IMG/VR virus record: IMGVR_UViG_3300033153_011579
DNA: 64,000 nt
Strand: one strand, 5' to 3'
DNA from: a virus
Taxonomy: Duplodnaviria > Heunggongvirae > Uroviricota > Caudoviricetes
Of this stretch, positions 16,488 to 24,652 are shown in pieces; position 1 is the stretch's first letter, and each line of letters opens with the position of its first letter. Made by a program: the position numbers and the translations under genes. The notes beneath the pieces were generated by a model. The model was not told the origin of the DNA, did not search any database, and worked only from the letters and a program-made list of their open reading frames with translations.

Positions 16488-17191
16488 TCCGATACGCAGC
16501 GAGTGTACTGAGACTCGGTCTTGAGAGACCCCCACACATAGGCCTCGGAGAACAGGACGCCCCAGGCGTACGCCGGGTTGTTCCCGGGCGAGCTCGACCA
16601 GTGGTACGACCAGCACGGACCGACAAGGTCATCCCCCCAGTAGCACCCGTCCGACCCGGGGCCTTCCAATTCGGCGCACGGATCGCAGTCGGGACCCTCC
16701 GCGCACGGATTCGTCAGGCAGTCGGGGTCGGTCACCCCGCAGTCTACCGACGCGCAGCCGACGATGATTCCCGACAGCTCCTGGATCAGCGGGAGTCGCC
16801 AGTCGTCGCCGAGGGCCTCGCAGTAGTCGACCGCGTCGACCCAGAGCATGAGCTCGGTGCTCGGCGGGTTCTCCCAGCAGAGGTCGCCGTCTAGCCAGCA
16901 GGTGGCCGTGTCGGTATCGGTGTCGGTATCGGTGTCGGTGTCGGTATCGATCACTGTTTCCGTATTGGTTTCGGTATCTTGCGTGTCTGTGTCGATCACG
17001 GTGTCCGTGTCGGTGTCCGTATCGGTCTCGGTGTCGGTGTCACCGTCGGTGTCCGTGTCCGTGTCGGTGTCCGAATCGACGTCCGTGTCGGTGTCGCCGG
17101 CGTCCGGCTCCATGAACGGAGCCTCGGTATCGCCGCAGGCCATCACAATTGCGAATATCCAAATATATCTCATCCTACATCTCCTCCCCAT
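16484..17191 (-). CDS. Lipoprotein with (TD)n repeats and a DUF1566/Lcl-like C-terminal Cys-rich domain
   Basis: Lipobox IVMAC-G, about 35 Thr-Asp dipeptide repeats, WRLP..EL motif; strong SD GGGGAGGAG. Confidence 0.6.
   Translation of the reverse strand: MGRRCRMRYIWIFAIVMACGDTEAPFMEPDAGDTDTDVDSDTDTDTDTDGDTDTETDTDTDTDTVIDTDTQDTETNTETVIDTDTDTDTDTDTDTATCWLDGDLCWENPPSTELMLWVDAVDYCEALGDDWRLPLIQELSGIIVGCASVDCGVTDPDCLTNPCAEGPDCDPCAELEGPGSDGCYWGDDLVGPCWSYHWSSSPGNNPAYAWGVLFSEAYVWGSLKTESQYTRCVSD
16890..17110. repeat. Coding microsatellite (GTCGGT/ATCGGT)n encoding the (TD)n tract
   Basis: Hexamer-periodic repeats visible in the sequence; the + strand alternative frame reads VSVSVS. Confidence 0.8.
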
Positions 17192-17420
17192 GCTGCAGAG
17201 CTCTCAGGGCCTCCCCGAGGTCCATGAACTCCTCGACCAGGCTGACGTCACCGTCCTCGCCGCCGGGTGCCCAAAGGTCGTACGTCCGGCTCGTCTTGTC
17301 GAATATCACGAAGTCGTCCGGCTCGACCGCCTCGAACACGCCGTCCTTGACGACCCCGGTCACCCGGTACTTCCGGCCTCTCTCGTGAGGATCGCTACTG
17401 AACCAAAATCCAATTTTCAT
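17175..17420 (-). CDS. Hypothetical protein (81 aa)
   Basis: ORF with protein-like composition; overlaps downstream gene start. Confidence 0.5.
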   Translation of the reverse strand: MKIGFWFSSDPHERGRKYRVTGVVKDGVFEAVEPDDFVIFDKTSRTYDLWAPGGEDGDVSLVEEFMDLGEALRALQHGEEM

Positions 17421-17596
17421 CTCAAACTCCTATGCTCACGGGCTCGAGGGAGAGACAGGCCCCCCGGAGAACGACGACCGAGGCGAAGGCAGAAAGCCGC
17501 TGGTCAGACGGCAACCCCGACCGCTTTACAGGCGACCCGTCACTCCATCCAACCCGTGAGGTACTTCGTACATGTGTGATTTTGCGCTTCGGCATC

Positions 17597-18598
17597 CTAA
17601 AAAGGCGTCTTCCGCTCTGCTGCAGCCCTGATCATACCGTCTATCTCGCTCTTCAGCCACTCTCGCTCTCGCTCGGTCGGCTCCCGCCCCTTCACGCGGC
17701 CCGTGAACCACCCCAAATCGGCCTCCCAGTCGTACTCGTCGGCGAACACCCGGACCACCTGCAGCATCCGGTCTTTTACGTGCGCTCGAGTCAACCTCCC
17801 GCGGGAGATCGGCGCAGGCTTCTCCAGCGTCGCCATCAGCCCGCTAGCGGGTATGTATTCCTCGGACTCGTCCGGCTCGTCCTCTGAGGCCTCGTCGGGC
17901 TCGAGAGGCTCAGAATCGCCCTGAGGGGCGCTAGCGCCCTCTTTACATTGTTCACTAACACTGGAATCGGCGTTGACCGCGTTGATCAGGACAACGTGAT
18001 CGTCCAGCTTGTGCCAGAACGCTTGGACGAGTCCAGAGCACATCGCCTCGTCGAGCTTCTCGTCGTCCTCTTGCAGGCCGGACATCATGACCCGCCGAGT
18101 GTCAGGGTAGGTCGCCTCGATCTCACTCAGCAGACCGAGACCAGACATCCCAGGCATCTCGAAGTCGGTGATGACCACGTCGAACGTCCCGAGCTTGTTG
18201 ATGAGCATGATCGCCTGACTCGCCGAGCTCGCCTGGGTCGTCTCCCAGTCTTTGGGGAGAAGCCGGCAGACCGTCCGCCGCATGATGTCCTCGTCGTCGA
18301 CCACGAGGATGCGCAGGCGTCTCTTCGACGTCCTGGCTTCCGGAGGGTTGGTCCAGGCCCGGCACTCGCGAGCGAGGTTGACGTTCCCAACGCGCTCGGA
18401 GGTCGCGTAGACCGTCTCGATCACGGACTGCCAGAGGCCGCTGCAGGACTCGGGAGGTCCCCAGATCTCCTTCGGCCCAGCTCCCTCGATGGAGCTCAGC
18501 AGCCGGCCCTTGATCGTCGGGTCGAACAGCCCCTCTTTGAGAAACTGCATCGCGACCTCGCGAAGCTCGGGGTCCAGTGGTCGTCTAGATTTTGTCAT
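17597..18598 (-). CDS. Response-regulator receiver (CheY-like) protein with an unknown N-terminal domain and an acidic C-terminal tail
   Basis: ILVVDDEDIM…VVITDFEMPGMSG…RVMMSG receiver signature; motif C immediately upstream of ATG. Confidence 0.7.
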   Translation of the reverse strand: MTKSRRPLDPELREVAMQFLKEGLFDPTIKGRLLSSIEGAGPKEIWGPPESCSGLWQSVIETVYATSERVGNVNLARECRAWTNPPEARTSKRRLRILVVDDEDIMRRTVCRLLPKDWETTQASSASQAIMLINKLGTFDVVITDFEMPGMSGLGLLSEIEATYPDTRRVMMSGLQEDDEKLDEAMCSGLVQAFWHKLDDHVVLINAVNADSSVSEQCKEGASAPQGDSEPLEPDEASEDEPDESEEYIPASGLMATLEKPAPISRGRLTRAHVKDRMLQVVRVFADEYDWEADLGWFTGRVKGREPTEREREWLKSEIDGMIRAAAERKTPF

Positions 18599-18633
18599 TT
18601 CCGCTCTCTTTCTGCCGGAACCACCCGGCTGAT

Positions 18634-18861
18634 TTAGTCGCGCTCGACCGTGACGTCTTCCGCGTCGTAGGTGTGACCGAGGTCTTCCATCTCCATCCCG
18701 ACCTGCTTCTTGAGCTCCTCGTCGCTATCGCTTTGGGTCTGCGACAGGTTCTCGAACGACTCGAGGGCGAGCTGGCCGTCGTCGAGATCGTAACGGACTA
18801 CCCAGCCGCTGTAGTCGTCGGCTTCACCGTCCCAAAGTACTCTGATGTTGCTTGCGATCAT
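18634..18861 (-). CDS. Hypothetical acidic protein (75 aa)
   Basis: Motif C upstream. Confidence 0.6.
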   Translation of the reverse strand: MIASNIRVLWDGEADDYSGWVVRYDLDDGQLALESFENLSQTQSDSDEELKKQVGMEMEDLGHTYDAEDVTVERD

Positions 18862-18903
18862 CTTCCGCTCTCTCTCTGCCGGCGACCAGCCGGCGGTTAT
18901 TCG

Positions 18904-19215
18904 TCAGCTTAAAACCGGCCAGAGCTGGACGTCGAAGATCTCCTCTTGCGTCCTCTGGATGTCTGTGAGGATCTGGTCCTGCTTCGCGAGCGCGGCGTAT
19001 GACTCCTCGTCGCCCTCGGCCTTGTCGGCATCTTCGAACCACGCGCGCCAGTTCTGGTTCGGGGCATCGCCCCACTCGCAGTCGATCGTGATGTCAGGAT
19101 ACAGTCGCGCGATCTCTTCGCCGACTGCCTTGCAGAACCTGTGCATCGACTTCTGGACGTCCATCCCGTCCATGTCGCCCATCGCGTGCTCGTCGATTCT
19201 GATGTGTGCGATCAT
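18904..19215 (-). CDS. Hypothetical protein (103 aa)
   Basis: Start moved to ATG 19215, as motif C ends in …GCGGAAAATGA; track start 19242 lies inside the motif. Confidence 0.55.
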   Translation of the reverse strand: MIAHIRIDEHAMGDMDGMDVQKSMHRFCKAVGEEIARLYPDITIDCEWGDAPNQNWRAWFEDADKAEGDEESYAALAKQDQILTDIQRTQEEIFDVQLWPVLS

Positions 19216-19246
19216 TTTCCGCTCTCTTTCTGCCGGAACCACCCGG

Positions 19247-19420
19247 CTAGTTGTCTTTAGATGCCTTGTTTATATGCGGGTACCACTTCTGCTGCCGAGT
19301 CCACATCTCTAAAACCTCGTCGGATGGTTCCCCGTATATGTCCAAGGAACAATCATTGCACTCGCCTTGCGGACCATATGGCTCTGTCAAACACCCACAC
19401 TCTGGACAACAGTTTTTCAT
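19247..19420 (-). CDS. Small Zn-ribbon protein (57 aa), not in ORF track
   Basis: Motif C upstream; MKNCCPECGCLTEPYGPQGECNDCSLD…. Confidence 0.55.
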   Translation of the reverse strand: MKNCCPECGCLTEPYGPQGECNDCSLDIYGEPSDEVLEMWTRQQKWYPHINKASKDN

Positions 19421-19524
19421 TTTTCCGCTCTCTTTCTGGCCGGAACCACCCGGCTCACCAATTTAGACCCTGCACCCTGCTACATATTCACCACATTCGT
19501 AAGTGGTTGATTTTTCTCACCTTA

Positions 19525-19854
19525 TTAGCTCTTGGCCCGAGGATTCCGGACCTTGGGTTTCCGACCCTGCCGGACGGCTGTCATCCAGGCCTCGAGCTCG
19601 GCGACGAGGGCCTTGCTCTCGCGCAAGGTGTCTCGCTTCATCGGGTTCCCGCGGCTATCCTCTTCCGGGATCCACCGGCCGTACTTGTCCCTGCTGAACA
19701 CGAACCAGAGAGGCCCCCAGTTGAGCGACCTGGACTTCTTCTCGTCGGTCGCCGGCACGTACCCCGATTTTTCGATCTTCCAGTCTGCCGACGGGCAGCC
19801 GATGGACGTGTACTGACCGGCCGCCTTCCTCTTCCATTTGCATGAGTTTTCCAT
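19525..19854 (-). CDS. Hypothetical basic protein (109 aa)
   Basis: ORF, protein-like composition. Confidence 0.5.
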   Translation of the reverse strand: MENSCKWKRKAAGQYTSIGCPSADWKIEKSGYVPATDEKKSRSLNWGPLWFVFSRDKYGRWIPEEDSRGNPMKRDTLRESKALVAELEAWMTAVRQGRKPKVRNPRAKS

Positions 19855-19860
19855 GTCTCT

Positions 19861-20076
19861 TTATACCCTCACTGTGGGGTTGGGTTCCAGTCCAATCATC
19901 GACCGGACGTTCGCCGAAGACCCGAGACGGTCGGCCCAGATCTCCGCAGCGTGGTAGTCGCCGCTCGCGTAGGCAATCTGAAACTGTTTGACCGCTTCCT
20001 CGACCAGGGTGTTGGCCAGCTCGACCGCTTCCTCGTCGTTCTTGGGCTCTATCATCATCGCTTCTTCAAAGGTCAT
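19861..20076 (-). CDS. Hypothetical acidic protein (71 aa)
   Basis: ORF. Confidence 0.5.
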   Translation of the reverse strand: MTFEEAMMIEPKNDEEAVELANTLVEEAVKQFQIAYASGDYHAAEIWADRLGSSANVRSMIGLEPNPTVRV

Positions 20077-20124
20077 CGTTTTCTCCTGGTTGCCGTGCCT
20101 ACCCTGCTGATGCTCTCGACCGCC

Positions 20125-20496
20125 CTAATGTGACAGCCACTCCAACATTTCATCGAATTTTTTTGCCTCGCCGACCCTTGCGACGCCGTCCATATCGTCG
20201 GTGAACAGCCCGTATTTTCCGGTCTTCGGCGACCACATCGCATACCTGTATCCCCCACCGCGGCTGTCGTAGGTCTCGGTCACCACGGACCAGTGGAACC
20301 GTCGGATGCTGTACTCGATCCGACCGTCATCGAAGTGCTTGGCCAAGATGGCTCTGCCGTGCGGGAGATCGACATCTGGTTTCGACTCTCGAGCCTGAAG
20401 GCGGGTCCTGGACGACCCGTCCTTCTTCTTCTTCCACGAGCTGATGCATCCGGCCATCCTCTCTCTATGGGTCTTTCTGGTCTTCCTGCGCTTCAT
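20125..20496 (-). CDS. Hypothetical basic protein
   Basis: ATG at 20496 (track start 20526 is TTG); start uncertain. Confidence 0.4.
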   Translation of the reverse strand: MKRRKTRKTHRERMAGCISSWKKKKDGSSRTRLQARESKPDVDLPHGRAILAKHFDDGRIEYSIRRFHWSVVTETYDSRGGGYRYAMWSPKTGKYGLFTDDMDGVARVGEAKKFDEMLEWLSH

Positions 20497-20608
20497 GCCC
20501 CAGAGGCAATGCAAGCCCGGTGCCAACCAGAAAACTCAATGAAATTACGGGGCGGTCGGCCGGAGAGAGGGGCTGAGGTAAGATCTGTTACCGGGGAGGT
20601 GCGATCGG

Positions 20609-21295
20609 TTACATTCCGGCGATAAAAGCTGGCGGGCCAGCCCGCGCCACCAGGATCGGGCCGATCTTCGATCTCTCCCGCTTCACCTTCCGGGTCCTGA
20701 CCTTGGGGCCGAAGGCCGACGTCTTGCAATTCCCGGCCTGGTAGCAGGAGAGGGTCCCGACCAGGCTCCCGTCGCACTCTTCCTCCTGGCACCTCTTGAG
20801 CTCGTCGGTACCGGCCGAGAGCTGGCCCTCGGACGTCTTCATGTCGTAGCCCTTGGACAGAGCCTTTTTCAGAACCTGCCCGTGGACTTGCATCAGGCCT
20901 TGCTCTCCGTCTTTCCCATCTCGGATCTTTTCGTAAAAGCTCGATTCGTGGTCGACGACGACGGCCACCACGAGCGGGTCGACCCCGCGCTCGTCGGCAA
21001 TCCTGTCGATCATCGCCGCGAGCTTCGGAGCTCGCCGAGCTCTCTTCTGGTTGAGGGTGACCTCGATGCAGGCGTCTCGCCCTGGGCCTTCCTTCCGCTT
21101 CTTGCACGACGCGCTCAGAAAGCGCTTGATATAGTCCTCGACGTGGTCGGCTGTGACGAGTTTTTGGCCTCCCCAGACCGACGGCTCGTCACCAAGACCC
21201 TTCGACTCGGTCGGCCACGGGATCATCCAGATGACGATCACCACGAGGATGGCGATCAGTAAAAATAAAAAGAATCTGCCTCGCTTGTTCAGCAT
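20609..21295 (-). CDS. Lytic transglycosylase (SLT domain) with an N-terminal TM anchor
   Basis: VVDHESSFYEKIRDGKDGEQGLMQV (catalytic ES…GLMQ motif); SD CAGGAGGAC. Confidence 0.7.
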   Translation of the reverse strand: MLNKRGRFFLFLLIAILVVIVIWMIPWPTESKGLGDEPSVWGGQKLVTADHVEDYIKRFLSASCKKRKEGPGRDACIEVTLNQKRARRAPKLAAMIDRIADERGVDPLVVAVVVDHESSFYEKIRDGKDGEQGLMQVHGQVLKKALSKGYDMKTSEGQLSAGTDELKRCQEEECDGSLVGTLSCYQAGNCKTSAFGPKVRTRKVKRERSKIGPILVARAGPPAFIAGM

Positions 21296-21319
21296 CCGGT
21301 CCTCCTGGGTTTGGGTTTA

Positions 21320-21333
21320 GGCCCCGCGGGGCC
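21320..21333. other. 14-bp GC palindrome GGCCCCGCGGGGCC between the SleB-like and SLT genes
   Basis: Perfect palindrome directly upstream of SLT SD; no U-tract. Confidence 0.6.
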
Positions 21334-21366
21334 CCGCTACAGATTGGATATTGGTAAGCTCGAGCA

Positions 21367-22041
21367 TCACTTTTTCTTCGGCTTGATCATGTTGGAATAA
21401 ACCCACTCGCCGACCTTGTATAGCACGTAGCCGAGGCTCAGGCCGAGAAGCAGATCGACCGGAGTGAGATCTCCGTCGAGGTCGACGTCCTTCAGACTCG
21501 GGTCGATGTCGACGACCACCTTCTTGTTAGTCCACCTGATCCCAGAATCCTGTTTGTCGGTCAGGAAGTAGTGCGTCTTGAAAAAATAGCCGGACTCCCT
21601 CGCGGTCTTGTTGGTGGCGAAGTTGACAAACTGCTGGCCGAGCTCCTGCTTGAGGCCGCCCTCGGCGAACATCGTCGCGTACATCCTCGCCGACATCGGT
21701 ATCTGGTCCCAGGTCCAGCCCTGGATCTCCTTGCGTCTCGCGATCCGGGCGGGGGTGCAGTGGTCCGGGTTGGCCTTGCACTTCGCTCCGTTCGGATTGA
21801 GCCAGGCCGGGTTCGTCGGCTGTGAGAATTTCCTGATCAGGCTCTTGAACGACCGCCACTTGTTGCCCCACCGGAAGAACCGCAGGAACATCGTCCACGC
21901 GAGCGCAGAGGCCTCAGCACGACCGAGGTGCTTGCCGTACCCGCCCTCGCCGGCCAGCGCCTTCGCAAGCCACAGGACGTCGTCGTCGGTCAGCGTGTAC
22001 GACTTCGAATTATCCTCGTACCGGTAGACTGCTCGAGCCAT
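21367..22041 (-). CDS. Putative SleB/Hydrolase_2-like cell-wall hydrolase with a C-terminal TM
   Basis: DDDVLWLAKALAGEGG…AEASALAWTMFLRF resembles the SleB family core. Confidence 0.4.
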   Translation of the reverse strand: MARAVYRYEDNSKSYTLTDDDVLWLAKALAGEGGYGKHLGRAEASALAWTMFLRFFRWGNKWRSFKSLIRKFSQPTNPAWLNPNGAKCKANPDHCTPARIARRKEIQGWTWDQIPMSARMYATMFAEGGLKQELGQQFVNFATNKTARESGYFFKTHYFLTDKQDSGIRWTNKKVVVDIDPSLKDVDLDGDLTPVDLLLGLSLGYVLYKVGEWVYSNMIKPKKK

Positions 22042-22192
22042 TTGCTACCTCAAATAGCGGACTGGTCCGCCCACCATGGTCTGAACCCTGGACATTCCAG
22101 GGACGGGTGCTCGTCTCGATGGAGCGCGCAGTTGCCACAAAGGTCTTTCACGATGAAGCTGAGGATCCGCGTGAGGTGGTGGTCGTCCACGA

Positions 22193-22555
22193 CTACTTCC
22201 CCCCGAGGATCCGCTCGATGAACTTCGAGTACGTGGCGGTCTCCTCGCCACCGACCTTCTTGCCGACCATCTTGCCGCCTTTGAAGGCCGCGACGAACGG
22301 AATCGACGTGACCTTGAGCTCGTCCGCCAGGGCGGAGTCCTGCTCGACGTCGACCTCGAGGAACTCCGCGTCATCACGATGCGGACACGCCGCCTTCTGC
22401 AGCTTCGGCCCGGCCTCGATGCAGCTCCCGCAGTTCGGACTGTGGAACTTCACGACCACGGGCTTCTTCGAAGATCGGATCTGCTCCCTTGCCGAGGCCG
22501 AGTTCGACCTCTTCAGAGGCATACAAAATCCCTGGAACTCTTGGTTTAGAGCCAT
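22193..22555 (-). CDS. Thioredoxin-fold protein with a CGSC active site
   Basis: VVVKFHSPNCGSCIE…IPFVAAFKGGKMVGKKVG thioredoxin topology. Confidence 0.65.
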   Translation of the reverse strand: MALNQEFQGFCMPLKRSNSASAREQIRSSKKPVVVKFHSPNCGSCIEAGPKLQKAACPHRDDAEFLEVDVEQDSALADELKVTSIPFVAAFKGGKMVGKKVGGEETATYSKFIERILGGK

Positions 22556-22577
22556 GTATACTCCGCGTGCGACAAGG

Positions 22578-22826
22578 CTATCCTATTGATCTGAACTTGT
22601 CGAGGGCTTCGGTGAGGAGCTCGTCGTACCGATTCATCGCCTTGGCTCGCGCGTTGAACTCGAGCGACGTGAGCTCTGATAGGTCGACGTCTTGCTGCAG
22701 ACCGAGCTCGACCAGGATTCTGACCGCGCCACCGAAGCTCTCGCCGTTTGCCCCGGCGAACTCCATCACCTTGTTGTAGAGATCGCGCGATAGTCGGATG
22801 CCTGTTGGTGCCGTGTCGCTAGCCAT
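22578..22826 (-). CDS. Ribbon-helix-helix (CopG/Arc-like) DNA-binding protein
   Basis: IRLSRDLYNKVMEFAGANGESFGGAVRILVE; start moved to ATG 22826. Confidence 0.5.
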   Translation of the reverse strand: MASDTAPTGIRLSRDLYNKVMEFAGANGESFGGAVRILVELGLQQDVDLSELTSLEFNARAKAMNRYDELLTEALDKFRSIG

Positions 22827-23472
22827 CTTCGTCCACCTTCGTGAAGGTTGTTGCCCAGACCCACGGGTTGACGGCCCAACCGAGCCCGCGGGAGAAGTTG
22901 ATCTGGTCCCACAGTATCGCAAACCAGGCGCGCGGGCTATCGTAACTCTTCTCCCAGTCTGGTGGACAGCCCTCGGCGAGGGCGTCCTCGTCGGTGATGA
23001 CGTCGACCCGCTCGAGCCGGATCTTCTTTATGTCGAGGTCGAGTCTCGAATAGATCCGCTTCATGAACAGCGAGGTGGTCCATGGCCCATCGAATTCCGG
23101 GTCGGTCGCGCGCCAGTAGACGCCAGCTCCACCACCGATACTCCAGTGATAAAAGCATTCTTTGACCCAGTAGTGGTCGCCCGAATCCATCCTCGAATAG
23201 ATCCGGTGGCTGGTCCCTTCGAGACCCCACTCATCGTCGGGGCCGATATACGGGAGGTGCAGGTACGGGCCGCCGTTCCCGGCTGGCGAAGGTCCGCCGT
23301 CGGCGTGTGCGTTGTCCCAATCCCAGAGCTCTCGAGGCTTGAGGTGTTTGTACCACGGGCCGCCATCGAAGTAGGAGTTGATGTTCGTGACGACTCGGCG
23401 CGTCTGCGTCTTCCTGCCGGCGATGATCTGCCTGACCATCTCGTCCTTGAAGAGTATCGGTCGCTCGATCAT
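22819..23472 (-). CDS. ASCH-domain protein
   Basis: MIERPILFKDEMVRQIIAGRKTQTRRV typical ASCH N-terminus; ATGA overlap with upstream gene. Confidence 0.5.
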   Translation of the reverse strand: MIERPILFKDEMVRQIIAGRKTQTRRVVTNINSYFDGGPWYKHLKPRELWDWDNAHADGGPSPAGNGGPYLHLPYIGPDDEWGLEGTSHRIYSRMDSGDHYWVKECFYHWSIGGGAGVYWRATDPEFDGPWTTSLFMKRIYSRLDLDIKKIRLERVDVITDEDALAEGCPPDWEKSYDSPRAWFAILWDQINFSRGLGWAVNPWVWATTFTKVDEDG

Positions 23473-24215
23473 TTTGGAAAATCCTGAGGCCACGGATACT
23501 GCGGGGCCTGCTTGATGAGATTGTCCTTGACAAACACCGGAATATGATGGTCGAGGCACCAGAGACGGATATTCCAGGCCGTCTCTGCCGGGCATTCGAA
23601 CGCGTGCGGCCCAGTCATAGCACCGATTACTACCCAGCCGAGTCCGTCGAGGATCTTCGGGTTGAAGTTCTTCTCGACGAGCGGCTCGAGGCTGATCCAG
23701 TGGATGCCGGCCCTGGTCTCGGCGAGGTCATAGAGGCGATCGTCGGCCTCCCTGTCGTTCGTGGCGCTGACTCCCAGGTGGAGGTTATCGGGCCAGTCGC
23801 CGACGGCGAAGTTCAGCGGCCGCTTCGTCAGCATCAAAAACGTGTGCTGCGGCAGGGCGGTGATGGATTCGAGTATCTTTCGCTGGAGACCGGTCGTGTT
23901 GATCGCCACTTCCTTGGGATCGCCGGTCACTACCCAGCTCTGTGGAGACTCGACGCAGCAGAGGTCGGACATCGACCCGAGGAAGACGCGCTTCGTTTTT
24001 TTAGAACGCGAGAGTTTTGCGAATTCCCTCTCCCAGACGTCCAGGTGGACGGCGGGTGTGAAGGGGGCTAACCCCCTTTGTTTTAATCTCCAGTAAGCTG
24101 TTCCCTTCTTTCCTCCCAGTCTCGCCGCGAAGCGTCGCGCGTAGCAGTATTTACAACCGTTCGTGCAGCCGGTGAACGGGTTTATCGAAATATCGCACCA
24201 TTCGATCTTCGACAT
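23469..24215 (-). CDS. DUF5131 (phage Gp37/Gp68 family) radical-SAM-like protein
   Basis: MSKIEWCDISINPFTGCTNGCKYCYA with a CxxxCxxC cluster; start moved to 24215. Confidence 0.6.
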   Translation of the reverse strand: MSKIEWCDISINPFTGCTNGCKYCYARRFAARLGGKKGTAYWRLKQRGLAPFTPAVHLDVWEREFAKLSRSKKTKRVFLGSMSDLCCVESPQSWVVTGDPKEVAINTTGLQRKILESITALPQHTFLMLTKRPLNFAVGDWPDNLHLGVSATNDREADDRLYDLAETRAGIHWISLEPLVEKNFNPKILDGLGWVVIGAMTGPHAFECPAETAWNIRLWCLDHHIPVFVKDNLIKQAPQYPWPQDFPK

Positions 24216-24217
24216 CG

Positions 24218-24652
24218 CTACAGCCTTTCCACGACGGCCGCCATGAGGTCGATGACGGTGTCTCCGAGGTCGTCGATCTGAGTTTTGATCTTTTTGAATT
24301 TCTTTTTGAACGTGTTCGCCGAATCTTCGATGTAGCCGACCCGCGACTTGAGCCGATCGATTTTCTTCTCGATATTGCGGTCTCGCCTCTTGGAAGTCTC
24401 GTCGGCCCGCATGACCTGCTCTCGAAAATTCTGGTAGGCCGGACAGTCCGCCCAGCACTCCGGGCTCATTTTTTGCGATTGGGCCCGAGCTCTCGCTATG
24501 TCTTCGCCCGTCTTCTGTAGCGCCAGCTCGAGAGCGTGGTACCTCCCGAGCAGTACCGACTGCCACTGGAAGAGGAAGAACGACCGGTTCAGAGGCGGCA
24601 TTTTCTTCCACTCGTCGAGTTGGATCTCGGTCAGGTTGAGTTTGAAATCCAT
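24218..24652 (-). CDS. Coiled-coil protein (144 aa)
   Basis: ORF. Confidence 0.5.
   Translation of the reverse strand: MDFKLNLTEIQLDEWKKMPPLNRSFFLFQWQSVLLGRYHALELALQKTGEDIARARAQSQKMSPECWADCPAYQNFREQVMRADETSKRRDRNIEKKIDRLKSRVGYIEDSANTFKKKFKKIKTQIDDLGDTVIDLMAAVVERL

Larger units (their letters stand above)
18599..19455 (-). repeat. Start-associated motif C on the minus strand: GCCGGGTGGTTCCGGCAGAAAGAGAGCGGAAA(A)ATGA, 4 copies
   Basis: Copies at 18599-18636, 18862-18898, 19216-19248 and 19421-19455, each ending in the ATG of a minus-strand gene. Confidence 0.8.

Noticed and set aside
16115-17579. Plus-strand ORFs 16115..16894 and 16848..17579 (VSVSVS… repeats)
   Set aside because: Alternative or antisense frames over the (TD)n lipoprotein microsatellite and the 15528..16487 gene; low-complexity artefacts.
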